Of a stretch of 52,651 nt of DNA, positions 16,809-25,258 are shown piece after piece. The position numbers and the translations under genes were made by a program. The number at the start of each line of letters is the position of its first letter. Positions within the stretch are counted from its first letter, which is position 1. Origin of the DNA: a virus (lineage: Duplodnaviria; Caudoviricetes); IMG/VR virus record IMGVR_UViG_3300012921_000050, positions 1-52,651 of that record. One strand, written 5' to 3'. Below the pieces are notes generated by a model. The model saw only the letters and a list, made by a program, of their open reading frames with translations, was not told the origin of the DNA and did not search any database.

Positions 16809-17578
16809 TGACCGATATCCCCATCCTCTTCTCGGGAGCGATGGTCCGCGCGCTGCTCGAAGGGCGGAAGACGCAGACGCGTCGCGTACTGTCTCGCGTG
16901 CGAACGTTCGCGATGCCGGGAAGCCGGGCCGTGACGCTGCGGGGCGAGAACCTCAAGCGCGCGCTGCTCGAAGCCGCAGACTTTCGTCACATCGAGGGAA
17001 CGGCTTGGGCCTGGACCGCCAAAGCGTTCGACCATCAGGCGCCGGCGTTCCGCACGCATTGGCACGCTCACATTCCATACGCCCTTGGCGACCGGCTCTA
17101 TGTCCGCGAAACCTGCTGGATTTGGGGGCGCTGGTTTAAGAACGGACTGACGAAGAAAACCCGCCGTCAGAAATGGCGCTTCGTCGCCGACAAGCCTCAT
17201 ACGGTCGTTCTGGACCCCAAGCATCCGCAGATCGCTCAGGCCAGCACGCCGCGCGAGCGGCGAGCCTACTGGCGCCGTAACGCGATCCACATGCCCCGCT
17301 GGGCCTCACGCCTGACGCTGGTGGTGACGGCAACCAAGATCGAGCCCTTGAACAAAATCAGCCACGACGATGCCGTGGCCGAGGGCTGCTACCGGATCGA
17401 GCCCTGCGCCGAGTATCCGAACGGCAATGCCTGGGGGCGGGCCGGCTTCGCCGTCCTATGGGATCGGCTGCATGGGAAAGGTTCATTCGATGCCCGGCCG
17501 TCACCCGAAGTCGTCGCCCTGACCTTCATCGTCCATCGCGGCAACATCGACACGCTGCCAAATGAGGTGGCGGCGTGA
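16808..17578 (+). CDS. ASCH/PUA-like phage protein
   Basis: PILFSGAMVRALLEGRKTQTRR, GDRLYVRET, IHMPRWASRLTL, DAVAEG. Confidence 0.85.
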   Translation: MTDIPILFSGAMVRALLEGRKTQTRRVLSRVRTFAMPGSRAVTLRGENLKRALLEAADFRHIEGTAWAWTAKAFDHQAPAFRTHWHAHIPYALGDRLYVRETCWIWGRWFKNGLTKKTRRQKWRFVADKPHTVVLDPKHPQIAQASTPRERRAYWRRNAIHMPRWASRLTLVVTATKIEPLNKISHDDAVAEGCYRIEPCAEYPNGNAWGRAGFAVLWDRLHGKGSFDARPSPEVVALTFIVHRGNIDTLPNEVAA

Positions 17579-17580
17579 CG

Positions 17581-18351
17581 TTACTTCTGCGCCTCACTCT
17601 CAAGGTCTCGGATGACCGCATCGAGCTCCGGGACGAACTGCTTCAGGAAGTCAATCGCCATCTTGACTGCGCGGATGGCCGGAATGCCCTTCATGGACTC
17701 GATCGGAAAGGTGCGCAATCCGGCCAGATTGCCGTGCACCTCGGAGAGCTGCCGGATCAGCTCGACGGGCAGCAGACCAATTTCGCTAGCGTGAGCGGCG
17801 TACATGGGCGTCTCGATCCTCGGAAAGATATCGGTCGTTTCGAACGGCGGTACCGAGGGCGGGTGCTTGTCGTATTCGTCCCTCAGGGCCTCGAGGCTGG
17901 TGATCTGACCGAGGATGCGTTTGCGGGCCGCCGTCAGCTCGCCCTGCAGCGCCGCAATCAGCACTGCTCTGCGATGCAATATGTCCAGGCGCTGCTGGTT
18001 GGCTTGAGCCCGGCTCTGGCGATTCTGGACTTCAAAGGCCGCCCGGTTGTGCTCGCGGGCAACCTCCATGGCGGCCTCGCTCTGATCGCGCGCGGCCCTG
18101 ACAGTCGCTGTCGCCTGAATGCGGGCTGCGCGAAGAATGAAGAAGCCGGCGATGGCGGCCAGCGTGCCGCCCGCCAGGGCCCCCACGCCCTCTGGGATGT
18201 TGTAGAGCAGTGTGCCGTCCAGCCATTCCGGATGCGGCTGCAGCAGGAACACCACGACCAGGCACGCGCCGATAACGGCGAGGGCAACCAGCAGCGGTCG
18301 GTCTTTCTTCTGCATCGCCGGAACGTCGCACGGTGCTGGTATCTCCGGCAA
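17581..18351 (-). CDS. Membrane-anchored moron protein A (start may be ATG 18315)
   Basis: Two N-terminal TM helices, coiled coil, Y.A.ASEIGLLP..LI motif; antisense to the operon. Confidence 0.75.
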   Translation of the reverse strand: MPEIPAPCDVPAMQKKDRPLLVALAVIGACLVVVFLLQPHPEWLDGTLLYNIPEGVGALAGGTLAAIAGFFILRAARIQATATVRAARDQSEAAMEVAREHNRAAFEVQNRQSRAQANQQRLDILHRRAVLIAALQGELTAARKRILGQITSLEALRDEYDKHPPSVPPFETTDIFPRIETPMYAAHASEIGLLPVELIRQLSEVHGNLAGLRTFPIESMKGIPAIRAVKMAIDFLKQFVPELDAVIRDLESEAQK

Positions 18352-18405
18352 GGAGCGAGCGGTTTCCTTGGCAGTCTATCTGCTAGAACTGGCAGGCAGA
18401 AAAGC

Positions 18406-19173
18406 TCACAACGTTACGCCTCTGCGCGCGGCGAGCTCTCGTATCGGGTAACCGACGTCATCAGCGACTTTAAGGCGTTCTTCGTTTGTTACTTTTGTAG
18501 CCGCAAGAGGATCGAAGTTCGCTTCGGCAAATCGGGTCAAAGCAATCTGGAGGACGCCGCCGAGGTAACGGAGCCGAGGAACCGATTGAATCATTACCTC
18601 TGCGCCGCCTTGTACGGTTGCTCCGGAAACTGCGACGGTCTCTATGGTCCTCGCATAGTTGTAAAATTTCACGATATCGGTGATGAGGCCCTCTGGCAGC
18701 GCGCCGAGTTCCGAGGCAAGCGCGCGGTACATCACCCCGTCGGTCAACCGAAACATGTTCTCAGCGGGAAGCGCAGTGGTTATCTGCTGCCCTCGCTTAG
18801 CGGCTTCTTTCAGTTTCAGTATGAGCGCGGCAGCACTTTCGTGCTGCGCATCGGCGGTGAAGAGAGTCTCGTTTATCTCAGATTTCAGTCCGGCGATTAT
18901 TCTGGCCACACGCCGCAGTTCGAGGCGCTGATCGCTGGCTGCCTCATTGGCCGCTTGCTCGCGGAGCGTCACCTTCACTGCATAAAATGCTCCGGCGGCA
19001 CCAATGATGCCGCCGATGACGTTGCCAAAAGCCTGATGTATTTCGCCGCCTCCGGCGAACGACATGGATATCGCGAATATCGAGAGGGCAAGAACGCCCG
19101 CCCCCACTGCGTAATTTGTCTTTCCATCTTCCCCCATGGAAATGACGGTGCCGTATCGAGGTCCGTCATGCAA
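18406..19173 (-). CDS. Membrane-anchored moron protein B (start may be ATG 19137)
   Basis: Two TM helices, coiled coil, YRALASELGALP..LI motif; visibly lower GC. Confidence 0.75.
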   Translation of the reverse strand: MHDGPRYGTVISMGEDGKTNYAVGAGVLALSIFAISMSFAGGGEIHQAFGNVIGGIIGAAGAFYAVKVTLREQAANEAASDQRLELRRVARIIAGLKSEINETLFTADAQHESAAALILKLKEAAKRGQQITTALPAENMFRLTDGVMYRALASELGALPEGLITDIVKFYNYARTIETVAVSGATVQGGAEVMIQSVPRLRYLGGVLQIALTRFAEANFDPLAATKVTNEERLKVADDVGYPIRELAARRGVTL

Positions 19174-19187
19174 GTAAGGGCGGCGGC

Positions 19188-21065
19188 ATGACGGGCAGCA
19201 ACGTCACGCCTCTGCGTCTCGTCGGCGAACAGGGTGGCGACGCCAAGTTCGACGACGTCACCGACCAGGAGCCGCCGGGCGTTGGCGGGGGTGGTGAGGG
19301 CGGTGAGCAGAAGAAGAAACTGCCCCCGTGCCCCGTGGAGGCGCTGGGCCAGCTTGACGGCCATTACTGGTTCCGCTCGCCGCTGAAGGGCGAGCGCCAT
19401 CGGCTCAGCGAGTCCAAGCTGTTCAGCCGCGCCGGCATCGCCCGGCTGTTCGACGGCAACACCGAGTGGCTGCGCCTGCGCTTTCCGAGATACGGCAAGC
19501 TGCCGACCGACGAGCACGGCAATCCGACCGGCGACCCGGCTCCCGTGATCGGCTGGCTCTACAACGAGGCCGCCGAGTTCCTGATGCGGGCCTGCGCCGA
19601 CAAGCCGCTCTGGGACCCCCTGGCCCCGCAGCGCGAGCGCGGCGTCTGGGTGGTCGGCGAGTCCAACGACTCGAAGACCGAGCTGCTCGTCCATTGCGGC
19701 GACGCCATCGCCATCATCGTCAACGGCAAGGTCACGTGGGACCGTCCGGGTTTCCGGCGCGGCGGCATCATCTACTACGCGGCGGCCCCGATGCGTCGCC
19801 CCGACCTCGAGAAGCCGGCGACGCTCGAAGAGGCCAACGAGCTGATCGAGGGCGTGAACCTCTGGGCCTGCGAGGAGCCGAATGCCGGCATCCTCATGGC
19901 CGGCTCGGTCGCGCTGGCCCAGCTGGGGCAGGCCGTGCCGCACCGCTCCCACATCATCGTCGTGGCGCCGCCGGGCAGCGGCAAGTCCGAGTTGGCGCGG
20001 CTCTGCGTCAACGCCTCCTGCACGGCGGTCTACTACTCGAATTTCTCCGAGGCTTCGCTGCGGCATTCGATCAGCAACGCGGCGCGCGCCATCGAGCTCG
20101 ACGAGGCCGAGGGCGACCGCAACGAAAGCGGCTTCGGTGCGGTCGAGCTGGCCATCCAGTTCCTGCGCCGCCTGTCCACCGGCAAGTCGGCGGGGTCGCG
20201 CGTCGGCCGGGACGGGCAGGTCGAAACCTTCAACGCCACGGCCTCGGCCCGGCTTTACGCCGTGTCGCCGCCCGTGCTGCAGCCGGCCGACGCCACGCGC
20301 TTCACCCGCGTCGACATCCTGCCCCTTGAGGCCGGCGCTGACGACGCGCCGGTGACCAAGGCGCAGGAGCGCATGACCGAGCTGGCGCCGAAGATCTGGG
20401 GCCGGATGATTCTTGGCCGTGGCCGCTTCCTGCAGAACCTGGCCGCCCTGACCAAGGTGATGGGCGAGGAGGGCTGCGCGCCCCGGCAGATCAAGCAGGT
20501 GGGTTCGCTGCTCGCCGCCTACAGTGTGCTCGAACGCGACACGCCGATCGACGAGAAGCGGGCGCGGCTGCTTGTCGGGATGGTGCGCTTCGCCATCCAG
20601 ACGGTCGACGACCTCAAGCAGGACAACGGCGGCACGCGCTGCCTCAACCATCTCTGGGGCTCGGCCAGCGACAGCTTCGTCCACGGCGTGCGGCGCACGG
20701 TCGGCCAGGTGGTGGCCGGCGGCTTCAAGCGCAGCGGCCATGGCGACACAGACCGCTCGCTGCTGCCCTCGATGGGCATGCGCTTCGCCTACGGGAAGTC
20801 GGCGAAGATCGAGGGGCTCTGGATACTCAACACCGGCAATGCCTTCCTCACCAAGGTCTTTGCCGGCACGCCCGACTGGTCGGGCTCGCGCTGGGGCGGG
20901 CAGTTGAAGCTGGTGCCCGGCGCCATGGCCTCGAAAGACCCGATGCGCATCGGTGGGGCGAAGGAACGGGCGACGTTCATTCCGCTCGTGCAGCTGCCGC
21001 CCGAGGACGAGGACGAGCTGGAGCCCCCCGTGCCCCCTGAGGGGGGTGGGCAAGGTCCGCCGTAG
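19188..21065 (+). CDS. P-loop ATPase, replicative helicase-like
   Basis: Walker A APPGSGKS; Walker B ELDEAE; ADATRF (Arg finger-like). Confidence 0.8.
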   Translation: MTGSNVTPLRLVGEQGGDAKFDDVTDQEPPGVGGGGEGGEQKKKLPPCPVEALGQLDGHYWFRSPLKGERHRLSESKLFSRAGIARLFDGNTEWLRLRFPRYGKLPTDEHGNPTGDPAPVIGWLYNEAAEFLMRACADKPLWDPLAPQRERGVWVVGESNDSKTELLVHCGDAIAIIVNGKVTWDRPGFRRGGIIYYAAAPMRRPDLEKPATLEEANELIEGVNLWACEEPNAGILMAGSVALAQLGQAVPHRSHIIVVAPPGSGKSELARLCVNASCTAVYYSNFSEASLRHSISNAARAIELDEAEGDRNESGFGAVELAIQFLRRLSTGKSAGSRVGRDGQVETFNATASARLYAVSPPVLQPADATRFTRVDILPLEAGADDAPVTKAQERMTELAPKIWGRMILGRGRFLQNLAALTKVMGEEGCAPRQIKQVGSLLAAYSVLERDTPIDEKRARLLVGMVRFAIQTVDDLKQDNGGTRCLNHLWGSASDSFVHGVRRTVGQVVAGGFKRSGHGDTDRSLLPSMGMRFAYGKSAKIEGLWILNTGNAFLTKVFAGTPDWSGSRWGGQLKLVPGAMASKDPMRIGGAKERATFIPLVQLPPEDEDELEPPVPPEGGGQGPP

Positions 21066-21075
21066 GCGAAATCCA

Positions 21076-21318
21076 CCGTCCCAGCGTCCCGCCAGCGTCC
21101 CGCGCAAGCCCCTGAAAAGGCGTGATTGGGACAGCGGGACGGTCGGGACACCGACATTCCCCCGCGCGCACGCGCGAGGGCCATAGAGAAGAGGAAGAGT
21201 CATGCGCGCGCGCGAGTGTCCCGACCGTCCCTCCGTCCCATATTCTTCTATCAACCAAGGAATAGAATTAGTTACGACCGGGACGGCCAGCGGGACGGTG
21301 AAAAAGAGGGTGTCCCGG
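21076..21318. repeat. GGGAC/GTCCC iteron cluster with a perfect 16-bp inverted repeat (candidate replication origin)
   Basis: GGGACGGTCGGGACAC (21136-21151) / GTGTCCCGACCGTCCC (21216-21231), further GGGAC/GTCCC units, and an AT-richer patch at about 21240-21275. Confidence 0.6.
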
Positions 21319-21942
21319 CCTGCGCCACCGCCGAAAAGGCAGGCCATCGACATCCAGCAGCTGCTGATCTGGACCTATCGCACCCATTGCGCCGACAGGG
21401 TGGAGCTGGGCGGCTCGCCGGTCCCGTCGTCGGATGGATGGGTGCCGTCGCAGGCTGCCTATGACGCGCTCGACATCGGCGCCGACATCGATACGTCCGT
21501 GGGCTTCATCGAAGTCGAGCCCGATGCGCGCACGGTCCACCATGCGCTGACGGGGCTGGTGGTGAGCGGCGAGCTGCACGAGAGCGTGCGGCGCCTGGTC
21601 ATCGAGCAGGCCTACAAGGGCGAGGAGCCGACGCTCGCCGAGCACGTGAACGATTACTTTCTGCCGGTCTGGGTCGAGGCCAATGGCGGGCGTCGCACGG
21701 CGCAGCCGAAGGTCGAGTGGACCGACAAGAAGTGCCGCTATGGCTACTGCCCGCTCGACAAGCGCGAGGGGTCGATGTTCCGGGACCATGCGCGCCGGGT
21801 GTACGGCCTGTGGCACCATGCCCTGTCGCTACTGGCCGGCCGGCTGCGCGGGGAAGGGGTGCTGGAGCGCTGGCTGGTGCATGGCCCGGCTGCGGTAGCG
21901 GAGCCCTGGGGCACGCCACAGGTTGTAGTTGACTTGGGGTGA
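21202..21942 (+). CDS. Putative late-gene regulator (Q position); true start probably near 21298
   Basis: IDIQQLLIWTY...PDA..VH..L...Y..WH.AL pattern; last gene before cos. Confidence 0.6.
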   Translation: MRARECPDRPSVPYSSINQGIELVTTGTASGTVKKRVSRPAPPPKRQAIDIQQLLIWTYRTHCADRVELGGSPVPSSDGWVPSQAAYDALDIGADIDTSVGFIEVEPDARTVHHALTGLVVSGELHESVRRLVIEQAYKGEEPTLAEHVNDYFLPVWVEANGGRRTAQPKVEWTDKKCRYGYCPLDKREGSMFRDHARRVYGLWHHALSLLAGRLRGEGVLERWLVHGPAAVAEPWGTPQVVVDLG

Positions 21943-21973
21943 GCCCCTTGACATAGTGCGCGGACGTTGCAGC

Positions 21974-22011
21974 GCGCCCGGCGGGTCACCCCGACCGGGC
22001 GCTTCCTTTTT
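21974..22011 (+). terminator. Rho-independent terminator at the end of the early operon
   Basis: GCGCCCGGCGGG-TCAC-CCCGACCGGGCGC hairpin followed by TTCCTTTTT. Confidence 0.75.
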
Positions 22012-22029
22012 GGGCTTGGCCCTGTCGCT

Positions 22030-22044
22030 GCGAACGCCGTTCGT
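22030..22044. promoter_or_regulatory. 15-bp palindrome copy 5 (one mismatch)
   Basis: GCGAACGCCGTTCGT between the terminator and cos. Confidence 0.7.
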
Positions 22045-22097
22045 CCCCCTCTACCGCACCGTTAACGTCGACAATTGCAGACGTTAACCAGCCCAAT

Positions 22098-22354
22098 GGG
22101 TCCTTCCGGGGGTCTTTTCGGATACGGGCGGCAAAGGCGTGGGGGTTCGCTAGTTACGGCGATTTGCAAAAGGCTAAAGGGCTAAACGCGCTGAGCGGCG
22201 CGCCGGCTTGAGCCGGGGTTTAGGGCGGGCGGTGAAGCCCGCGTTTCGGGGTCGCAGGCTTTAGCCGCGCTGCCGGCTCAACACACGGACTCACAACGCG
22301 ATGCCAGCGGGCCACCGGCACACGCGGCTTTAGGCGCGACGCGGAGCTTTAGCC
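22098..22354 (+). other. Lambda-like cos packaging site (cosQ-cosN-cosB)
   Basis: GGGTCCT (lambda cosQ) at 22098; GGGCGGCAAAGG at 22126 resembling lambda cosN GGGCGGCGACCT; GGTTCGCTA follows as in lambda; repeated GCTAAA/TTTAG(C/G) units upstream of terS. Confidence 0.75.
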
Positions 22355-23065
22355 ATGGATCGTGTGGACGGCGACGCGCCGCGCGAGCTGGTGACCAAGG
22401 CCGAGTTCGCGCGCCGCGTGAAGCGCTCGCCCGGGCGCGTCTCGCAATGGATCGGCGAAGGGAAGATCAGCGGCCCGGCGCTGGTCGACGACGCCGGCAC
22501 ACAGAAGATCGACCTGGCCGTCGCCGTCCGGCAGCTCGGCCTGTCGCTCGACATCGGGCAGCAGGCGGCACAGCCGCACCCGGTGCCGACCACGGTCGTG
22601 CCGCTGCGCGTCGCGTCGTCGACGCCGTCGCTGCCGGGTCCGCTCGGCAGGGCGGCGGCCGACCGTCCGGCACCGCCGCCGCCGGCACCGCCCGAGGACA
22701 GCGACGAGGATTCCGACCAGAAGCGCCTGCGCAAGGCCAAGGCGGACAGCGCCGAGCACGACGCCGAGGAGAAGCGCCGCGCCCGCCTGGCCGAGAACGG
22801 CAAGTGGCTGCGGGCCGAGGAGGCGCGGCTCGGCTGGATGCGCTCGCTCGGCTCGATGCTGACGGTGCTCGAGGCGGAGTTCGTCAACATGGCGGAGGTG
22901 CTGGCGGCGGTGCCGCGCGGCGACAAGCGGGCGATGCAGCTCGCCATCCGCGCCGAGTTCCGCAAGGTGCGACAGAAGATCGCCGCCACGTCGCGGGCCC
23001 ATAGCGAGACGCTGCCGGTGGAGGCCGAGCAGCAGCACGACGAGCCGGAGCTGGTGGACGCCTGA
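22355..23065 (+). CDS. Terminase small subunit (Nu1-like)
   Basis: N-terminal HTH TKAEFARRVKRSPGRVSQWI; coiled coil; position. Confidence 0.85.
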   Translation: MDRVDGDAPRELVTKAEFARRVKRSPGRVSQWIGEGKISGPALVDDAGTQKIDLAVAVRQLGLSLDIGQQAAQPHPVPTTVVPLRVASSTPSLPGPLGRAAADRPAPPPPAPPEDSDEDSDQKRLRKAKADSAEHDAEEKRRARLAENGKWLRAEEARLGWMRSLGSMLTVLEAEFVNMAEVLAAVPRGDKRAMQLAIRAEFRKVRQKIAATSRAHSETLPVEAEQQHDEPELVDA

Positions 23066-23067
23066 CG

Positions 23068-25014
23068 ATGCCGCTCGACTTCAACCCGCTGGCCAACGCC
23101 GAGCGCCTGGTCCACGCGACGATCGCGGAGGTGATGGAGCCACCGCCGCCGGTCGATTTCTCGAAGTGGGCCGCCGATAACATCGTCTTCGGCACGGAAA
23201 GTTCGCGCCCTGGGCCCTACGACCCGGAGCGCCTGCCGGCGCTGAAGCGGGTTTTCGACGTGCTCAGCCCGGAGCATCCGGCGCGCGTCGTGTCGGTGAT
23301 GGGGCCGGTGCAGATCGGCAAGTCCGTCATCGCGCAGATCTTCATGGCCGCGTCGATGGATATCGACCCGTGCCAGGCGATCTACTACCACCCGACCGAC
23401 AGCAACGCGACGGAGTGGGTGCGCACCAAGTGGAAGCCGATGGTGCGCAACTCGGCGCGCCTCAAGGAGGTTTTCGGTACCGAGAAGTCCCGCGACGGCG
23501 GGCAGTCGATGATGTTCTACGAACGCCGCGACGGCCGCGGCGCCCTGCTGGTCTCGGGCTCCAACAGCCCGCAGGCCGTCCAGATGAAGTCGGCCCGCAT
23601 ACAGGTCCACGACGATGTGGCCCTCTGGGAAATGCTGTCCTCGGGCGACAGCGAGAAGCAGGCGGACGGCCGCAGCGACGATTTCCCATTCGCCAAGATT
23701 CTGAAGATCAGCAAGCCGCTGGTCGAGCCGGGTTGCCGGATCACGCGCAGCTACAAGGCGGGGACGCAGGAGCACCTGCATGTGCCGTGTCCCCATTGCG
23801 GCCTGTTTCAGGCGCTCGAATGGGAGAACATGGTGGCTTGCCTCGATCCGGAAGACCCGGACGATGCGCATTTCACCTGCACGGGGTGCAGCGGGCGGAT
23901 CGACGAAGGCGACATGCCGGCACTCAAGCCGCTGGCCGTCTTCGTTCCGCACAACCCGGTGGCGCGCGAGCCGAGCTTCTACCTCGCGCCGTTCTTTTTT
24001 CGGGCGTGGGCCGAGCTGGCCCGCGGCTGGCTGGTGGCGAAGGGCAAGCCGGCCGACGAGCAGACGTTCCTCAACGACAAGATCGGCCTGCCGTACAAGG
24101 GCGCGACCGAAAGCCCGCCTTGGGAGGAGCTGAAGGCGCGTTACGACGCGACCGGCCACAGGCTCGGCCTGGTCCCGCATGGCGGCCTGATCGTGACGGC
24201 GGGTATCGACTGCCAGAAGAGCTTCGTCGCCGCGCACATCAAGGCGTTCGGCCCCGAAGGGCGGCGCTGGACAATCGAGTATCGGCCGATCGAGGGGCAC
24301 ATTTCCGAGAGCGCGACGCGCGCCAAGCTGGACGCGCTGCTCAAGGAGACGTGGCCCGACGAATACGGGAACCAGCGTCCGCTGCAGATGCTGGCAATAG
24401 ACGGCAACGCCTGGACCGACGACGTCATGGACTGGGCGCGCACGCATCCGTGGAGCCGGGTCATCGTAACCCGCGGCCACAAGAGCGAGACGGCAGCGCC
24501 GCTGCTGCCGGTGAAGTCGGAGCGCCGCAACGACGGCAAGGCACGGCGCCAGCAGAAGCGCTTTTACAACCTCGGCGTCTCGCGCCTGAAGACGACGCTC
24601 TACACCGCGCTGGGCAAACGGGACCCACTGGAGCGCAGCTACTGCGGCTACCCGAAAGGGCTCGACGATTCGTTCTACCAGGAGCTGGCGGCAGAGCGGC
24701 GCGTGCCGAAGAAGTCGCGTGACGGCCAGGTGGAATACCGCTGGGTCAAGGATGCCGAGCAGGCGAACGAAGTCCTGGATACGGAGCTGATCGCCGAGGG
24801 TGCCGCCATCCGCTGCGGCTGGCGCGCCCTGACCGAGAAGACCGCGGCCGAAATGGAAGCGCGCCTGGTTGCCGAGGGTGAGCTGGCCCGCCAGAGCAAG
24901 GCGCCTGACCTGTTCGACCCCGCGCGTGCCGTCGCCGCGAACGCCGTTCGCCAGCCCGCGTCGGGCGAGCAACCGCAATCCGAGGCCGCGACGCTCGCGG
25001 CGCGTCTGGCTTGA
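23068..25014 (+). CDS. Terminase large subunit (GpA family)
   Basis: Walker A GPVQIGKS, VPCPHCG, AGIDCQ, NEVLD. Confidence 0.95.
   Translation: MPLDFNPLANAERLVHATIAEVMEPPPPVDFSKWAADNIVFGTESSRPGPYDPERLPALKRVFDVLSPEHPARVVSVMGPVQIGKSVIAQIFMAASMDIDPCQAIYYHPTDSNATEWVRTKWKPMVRNSARLKEVFGTEKSRDGGQSMMFYERRDGRGALLVSGSNSPQAVQMKSARIQVHDDVALWEMLSSGDSEKQADGRSDDFPFAKILKISKPLVEPGCRITRSYKAGTQEHLHVPCPHCGLFQALEWENMVACLDPEDPDDAHFTCTGCSGRIDEGDMPALKPLAVFVPHNPVAREPSFYLAPFFFRAWAELARGWLVAKGKPADEQTFLNDKIGLPYKGATESPPWEELKARYDATGHRLGLVPHGGLIVTAGIDCQKSFVAAHIKAFGPEGRRWTIEYRPIEGHISESATRAKLDALLKETWPDEYGNQRPLQMLAIDGNAWTDDVMDWARTHPWSRVIVTRGHKSETAAPLLPVKSERRNDGKARRQQKRFYNLGVSRLKTTLYTALGKRDPLERSYCGYPKGLDDSFYQELAAERRVPKKSRDGQVEYRWVKDAEQANEVLDTELIAEGAAIRCGWRALTEKTAAEMEARLVAEGELARQSKAPDLFDPARAVAANAVRQPASGEQPQSEAATLAARLA
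24937..24951. promoter_or_regulatory. 15-bp palindrome copy 6
   Basis: GCGAACGCCGTTCGC in the low-complexity 3' tail of terL. Confidence 0.75.
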
Positions 25015-25024
25015 AGGATCGACC

Positions 25025-25258
25025 ATGACCGATCTTGCGACCCTGCAGACGCGCCTCACCGAGGCGGAGACCGCCCTTCATCGGCTCGTGACGCTGAAGA
25101 TCGCGGTAGACGTCAACACCGGCTCGAGGAGCGTCCGCTACGCGTATGACGCGGGCTCGATCCGCGAGCTGCGTTCCTACATCGCAGACCTGAAGGCTCA
25201 GATCGCTGCCGTCTCGGGCACGAGCGTCGGGCGCCGCGCCATCGGGATGACGTTCTAA
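25025..25258 (+). CDS. gpW-like head-tail joining protein
   Basis: RL.EAE.ALHRL...RSVRY....I.EL..YI..L..Q. Confidence 0.88.
   Translation: MTDLATLQTRLTEAETALHRLVTLKIAVDVNTGSRSVRYAYDAGSIRELRSYIADLKAQIAAVSGTSVGRRAIGMTF

Noticed and set aside
21948-21953. TTGACA as a late promoter (pR') -35
   Set aside because: No convincing -10, and the implied start would fall inside the terminator hairpin. Left unannotated.
22330-25059. 909-aa minus-strand ORF, and similar long shadows (3340-5403 +, 18975-21353 -, 27042-28319 -)
   Set aside because: These are codon-aligned antisense shadows of clear genes in GC-rich DNA, with no motifs.
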